A DNA stretch of 64,000 bases, from assembly GCA_041441395.1 (NCBI GenBank), contig JASDTD010000045.1, positions 1,154 through 65,153 of the forward strand, in the 5' to 3' direction. The first letter of the stretch is position 1, and each line of letters starts with the position of its first letter. Below, one piece after another: positions 60,046 to 64,000 of this stretch. The translations under genes were made by a program, and so were the position numbers. Under the pieces are notes generated by a model. That model was not told where the DNA came from. It saw only the letters and a program-made list of their open reading frames with translations, and made no database searches. Origin of the DNA: Bacteroidales bacterium. GTDB taxonomy: Bacteria > Bacteroidota > Bacteroidia > Bacteroidales > UBA932.

Positions 60046-62149
60046 ACTTCTCAGAAAGTTCTATGTTAATAATTCCGTTTTTCTCCAGACCGCTTCCCGG
60101 AAGAGGATTTTGAGTGATAACTCTTCCCTTTCCTGAGAATTTTACTCTGTAACCTTTGTTCTCCAGCAGGTAAAGAGCATCCTTTAACCCCATATTCAAT
60201 ACACTTGGAACACTATCTGTGATATTCTTTATCTCTTTGGCAATTGCCCTTTCAAGTGAATCTTTTTCAACAGAGACCCACTCCCCGGGGAGTGCGAAAT
60301 TGACTTTTGTTGAAGGGATTTGTTTTGCAATTTTCTTAATCTCTTCACTCTTCCCGGACAAAACCTTTGCGTAAGAAGGAGTACTTTTCCCATCACCATT
60401 TATTGACTCTCCCCACTGAGGATTGTTAACGAATATTCTGTCCGATATTTGCTTGAATACAGGGGCAGCCCAGGATCCTCCGTAAAAATTTGCCCTTGTT
60501 TTATTTGTGTAGAGAACCACAATCGCTGAGTATTTTGGATCATCACTTGGAAAGAATCCCGCAAACGATGCCTGATGCTTTCTGTATCCCTGGGAATCTA
60601 TATATCGTCCGTCAAATGCTATTTGTGCAGTACCTGTTTTTCCTGAAATTTTATACCTTGGATCATTGATTCCCTTTCCGGTACCATGCTCTATAACACC
60701 TCTCAGAGCTTCGTGCACAAGTTTTATTGTGGATTGAGAACAAATTGAGCCACTCATCTCCTGAGGTTCAAATATCTTTTCAACTTCACCATGTCTCTGT
60801 AAACTCTCTACAAAATAAGGTTTCATCATTTTCCCCCCGTTAGCTATTGCATTGTAAAATGCAAGTGTGTGAAGAGGAGTAATAAGAGAGGCATAGCCCA
60901 TAGCCATCATTGGAAGAGTAAGTTTACTCCACATAGCATCTCCGGGAGAGTGAATAACAGATCTTCCTTCACCCATAATATCAAGATTAAACTTTTCACC
61001 TATCTTCATATTATGGAGTCTGTCTACATACTTCTTTTCATTGTTTGCATAGTACTCGACTGCAAGTTTGGCGAATGCAACATTTGAAGATTTTTCAAAG
61101 GCCTTTCTTACATCTATCAGCCCGTAGCCACCTCTTGTAACATCTGTAAACTCTTTTGTGCTGTATTTCCATCTGCCGTTTCCCGCATCAACAGGAGTCT
61201 CAAGATTTACATAACCATCTTCAATAAGAGCAACCAGTGTAGCAAGCTTAAAAGTAGATCCGGGTTCAGTTGCCTGACTTATTGCATAGTTAAATGACTC
61301 GTCAAACTCACCGTTGTCCATTTTTTTCATATTAGTGATAGCTCTGACTGCTCCTGTTTTAACTTCAATAACAATTGCCGTTGCCCCTTCAAAAACATCT
61401 GACAGAGAGAGTTGATTTCTCAGAGCGTTTTCTGCAGCCTCCTGAATATCAATGTCAATAGTAGTTCTGACATCCATTCCATCCTGAGGCATAACTGTCT
61501 CCTCCTCATTAACAGGCATCCACTCACCTCCAAGTAATCTCTGTACAGTTTGCCTTCCCGGTACTCCTTTCAGATAGTAGTCGTAGCTTCCCTCAATTCC
61601 AACTCCTACACCATTGGAGTTAATAAAACCGATAGTTCTGTATGCAAGTCTTCCGTATGGGTTATTTCTTTTATTTTTTTGCTCGCTGATAAATCCCCCT
61701 CTGTTACTTCTCTCTCTAAACAATGGGAAGCTTTTTACCTCCATCAACTCGGAGTAGTCAACCAGTCTGTTGCCAATCGCTTTGTATCTGTTTCCCTTTT
61801 TTCTTGCAGTAACTATATCGTTTTTGTACTGGGCTGCATTTTTATCTTTAAAGAAATTGGAAAGGGCAAATGAGAGAGAATCGATGTTGTTGTTGAAAAG
61901 AGTATCCTCCGGAAAAACGCAGTCCATTCTGATTTGATAATATGGGACTGAGCTTGCCAGTGAGCGGCCGTCTCTTGCCAGTATACTTCCTCTTACAGCT
62001 TCAATCTCTTCAGTTCTGAAAGATATCTCCTCTGAACTTACAGGCAGCTCTGCAAAAAACTGAAGATGTACCATCCGGCCGATTACTATCAGGCCAAACA
62101 GTACCATAAAGAAGTATATTGCACCAATCCTTGAAATTATATCCCTCAT
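60032..62149 (-). CDS. ftsI: Class B penicillin-binding protein with PASTA domain
   Basis: STFK, SSN and KTG catalytic motifs; RGSILAR pedestal motif; C-terminal PASTA. Confidence 0.94.
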   Translation of the reverse strand: MRDIISRIGAIYFFMVLFGLIVIGRMVHLQFFAELPVSSEEISFRTEEIEAVRGSILARDGRSLASSVPYYQIRMDCVFPEDTLFNNNIDSLSFALSNFFKDKNAAQYKNDIVTARKKGNRYKAIGNRLVDYSELMEVKSFPLFRERSNRGGFISEQKNKRNNPYGRLAYRTIGFINSNGVGVGIEGSYDYYLKGVPGRQTVQRLLGGEWMPVNEEETVMPQDGMDVRTTIDIDIQEAAENALRNQLSLSDVFEGATAIVIEVKTGAVRAITNMKKMDNGEFDESFNYAISQATEPGSTFKLATLVALIEDGYVNLETPVDAGNGRWKYSTKEFTDVTRGGYGLIDVRKAFEKSSNVAFAKLAVEYYANNEKKYVDRLHNMKIGEKFNLDIMGEGRSVIHSPGDAMWSKLTLPMMAMGYASLITPLHTLAFYNAIANGGKMMKPYFVESLQRHGEVEKIFEPQEMSGSICSQSTIKLVHEALRGVIEHGTGKGINDPRYKISGKTGTAQIAFDGRYIDSQGYRKHQASFAGFFPSDDPKYSAIVVLYTNKTRANFYGGSWAAPVFKQISDRIFVNNPQWGESINGDGKSTPSYAKVLSGKSEEIKKIAKQIPSTKVNFALPGEWVSVEKDSLERAIAKEIKNITDSVPSVLNMGLKDALYLLENKGYRVKFSGKGRVITQNPLPGSGLEKNGIINIELSEKYETE

Positions 62150-62151
62150 AG

Positions 62152-62472
62152 TCAGTCAAGTTTGATATAAGCCGGTGGGTTGGATGGAGATTTTAACTCC
62201 GAGCCTGACTCAGTAAGTCTTCTCTCTATCTCTGTTTTTTTACTCATATAAAGCAATCTCGCCCTTTTGCCTGTATAATCTGCCTTAAGATTCTTAAGCT
62301 CCTTCTGGTTATGCCTCTCGGTTATTAACTTGCTCTCAATATTGAAGTTGAGAGAGATGTAAAATATCACAAGGAGAAAAAGATATAGGACAAATCCAAG
62401 CTGCTGCAGAATTCCGCTGTGAATAAGAATCTGACCTCCCATTATCTCTGAAACCCATCTTTTTTTTGCCAT
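62152..62472 (-). CDS. ftsL: FtsL-like cell division protein
   Basis: One TM plus coiled coil; between rsmH and ftsI. Confidence 0.75.
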   Translation of the reverse strand: MAKKRWVSEIMGGQILIHSGILQQLGFVLYLFLLVIFYISLNFNIESKLITERHNQKELKNLKADYTGKRARLLYMSKKTEIERRLTESGSELKSPSNPPAYIKLD

Positions 62473-62473
62473 T

Positions 62474-63391
62474 TCACTTGCTCTCCATCTTTTCTGCGAC
62501 CCTAAGCTTTGCGCTTCTGGCCCTGGTATTCCTTGAAATTTCCTCCTCTGCAGGCACTATCGGTTTTCTGAAAACTACCGTAAAAGGGGAAATATGATTT
62601 CCATAAAAATCTTTTTCAATTTTTCCGGAGATATTGCCGGTTTTCATAAAGTTCTTTACCATTCTGTCCTCCAGTGAATGATAAGTGATTACTACAAGCC
62701 TCCCACCAGGTTTTAATACATTCAGAGAGCCTGAAAGAAAACCCTCCAGCGACTTCATCTCTCCGTTCACCTCAATTCTCAGAGCCTGGTATATTTTTGC
62801 CAGATATTTATGACCTCCTATTCTTGGAGTTACAGGTTCCAGAATCTGATTAAGCCTTGTCGTAGTCTCAATTGGTTCAATCTCTCTCTCTGTACATATT
62901 ATCCGTGAAACCCTTCTGCTGTTTTCCACCTCGCCGTAAAGTCTGAATATCTTATCCAGTTCGCTCTCTGATCTGTTTGCAATTATTCCGTCTGCCCCCT
63001 CCCTGGTTAATGGATTCATCCTCATATCCAGTCTTGAATGGAATCTGAATGAGAAACCCCGCTCCTCTGTGTCAAACTGATGTGAGGAGACTCCCAAATC
63101 TGCCAGAATACTGTCAACCTGTGATATGCCTAAATAATTCAGATGGTTCTGGATAAATCTGAAATTATTGTTGACGAAAACTATCCTTTTGTCTTCCGGA
63201 ATATTTAAAATAGAATCGGGGTCCCTGTCAAAAACAACAAGCTTTGAACCTTTACCCATTCTTGAAAGAATCTCCCGGCTGTGTCCCCCTCCTCCAAATG
63301 TTGCATCAACATAGGTGCCTCCGTCACGAATAGCCATCGCGGATACACTCTCTTCTAGCAGAACCGGTGTATGATACTCACTCATATGCAA
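62474..63391 (-). CDS. rsmH: 16S rRNA m4C1402 methyltransferase (start 63391 or 63385)
   Basis: HTPVLL, DATFGGGGH, DLGVSS, LDMRM, HSLEDR and RARSAKLR motifs. Confidence 0.97.
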   Translation of the reverse strand: MHMSEYHTPVLLEESVSAMAIRDGGTYVDATFGGGGHSREILSRMGKGSKLVVFDRDPDSILNIPEDKRIVFVNNNFRFIQNHLNYLGISQVDSILADLGVSSHQFDTEERGFSFRFHSRLDMRMNPLTREGADGIIANRSESELDKIFRLYGEVENSRRVSRIICTEREIEPIETTTRLNQILEPVTPRIGGHKYLAKIYQALRIEVNGEMKSLEGFLSGSLNVLKPGGRLVVITYHSLEDRMVKNFMKTGNISGKIEKDFYGNHISPFTVVFRKPIVPAEEEISRNTRARSAKLRVAEKMESK

Positions 63392-63397
63392 CCCTCC

Positions 63398-63844
63398 CTA
63401 TCCTAATATTTTTTCGGCGAGCGCCAGGTAGTCGTTGTCGGTGAGTTTGTGGGATTCATATGCCTCTCTTGCCCAGATCTCGATCTTATGCCCGTTTCCG
63501 GCAAAAGTCACCTCTCTCTCTACCCCAATCTGCTCCAGCAGTTTTTTTGGAATTGTTATTCTTCCGAGTTTTTCATCCGGCTCTACGATGGCCCTCTCCC
63601 TCATATACTCTCTCCAGAAACTGGCATGCTCCCTGTTAAAGAAATTTAATCTGGACTTAACTTGTTCACTCTCCAGGGTCCACTCTTCATATGTGTACAT
63701 CTCCAGGCATTCAGAGAAGAGATCCTTTTTCAGAACCAGCCTCATGTCTCCTCCGGGTGTAATTGAAGACTTGAATGAGGAGGGGAGAATAAGTCTTCCC
63801 TTGTCATCAACCTTCGCATTATATTCACCTATGAATTTGACCAT
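63398..63844 (-). CDS. mraZ: Transcriptional regulator MraZ (start 63844; 63868 possible)
   Basis: FIGEY...DDKGRL and D-x-x-GRITIP repeats; IEIW. Confidence 0.93.
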   Translation of the reverse strand: MVKFIGEYNAKVDDKGRLILPSSFKSSITPGGDMRLVLKKDLFSECLEMYTYEEWTLESEQVKSRLNFFNREHASFWREYMRERAIVEPDEKLGRITIPKKLLEQIGVEREVTFAGNGHKIEIWAREAYESHKLTDNDYLALAEKILG

Positions 63845-63879
63845 TTTAAGAGCTTTTGGAAGTCGCATTACAACCTATG

Positions 63880-63932
63880 CAAAAATATAAAATGTTTTCC
63901 ACTTTGTTACATTATTTTACAATTTTTTCCAC
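63880..63932 (-). promoter_or_regulatory. dcw promoter (-7 TATTTTTG at 63880-63887) with four 10-bp-phased MraZ-box-like repeats
   Basis: On -: GTGGAA (63932-63927), TTGTAA (63922-63917), ATGTAA (63912-63907), GTGGAA (63902-63897), exactly 10-bp period. Confidence 0.75.
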
Positions 63933-64000
63933 AAATTTATCAACACTCAAATTTGAAATCCCTATCTTAGTGGTGAAAAAATGAATGGTATGAGATATTT

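Noticed and set aside
47160-63890. Many 60-150 aa + strand ORFs opposite the dcw cluster and other genes
   Set aside because: They lie antisense to well-conserved genes, have no recognisable motifs and are expected from codon bias.

Overview
A gene-dense, roughly 40% GC core-chromosome segment from a Bacteroidales (Bacteroidota) bacterium. The assignment rests on TAnnTTTG -7 promoters, AT-rich leaders without obvious Shine-Dalgarno motifs, and a Bacteroidetes-type dcw cluster. About 58 CDSs are present, in order: a ROK kinase fragment and MFS sugar permease; porin, M28 peptidase, GNAT and lrgAB; an RRM/RGG RNA-binding protein; a FemABX-family transferase; serC-serA-DUF1015; yigZ-pyrB-pyrI; a LuxC-like reductase; miaA; speB-nhaA-FKBP-DUF3127; recQ; glnA; DUF3352-like protein, ABC exporter, acyl-CoA ligase, dCMP deaminase and S41 protease; asnS-udk-TonB-like; glycoside hydrolase and alkaline phosphatase; exbB-hypothetical-exbD-exbD; ansA, tatD, dprA, queA, truB, rpiB; DegT-galE; and mraZ through ftsZ running into gltX. 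I found no tRNA, rRNA, CRISPR array, prophage or transposase. The most interesting candidate is the serC-serA-DUF1015 operon: it has no serB, its SerA lacks the regulatory domain and has a Lys-type active site, and its third gene carries motifs resembling SerK/SbnI ParB-fold serine kinases, suggesting a reversible phosphotransfer route between serine and 3-phosphoglycerate. Other leads are a structured leader with a leaderless uORF upstream of the RRM gene, a four-component ExbB/ExbD/ExbD' motor with a distant TonB-like partner, a FemABX enzyme in a meso-DAP Gram-negative, and in-frame TAG-ATG gene junctions. All family calls come from motif recognition; no database searches were run.
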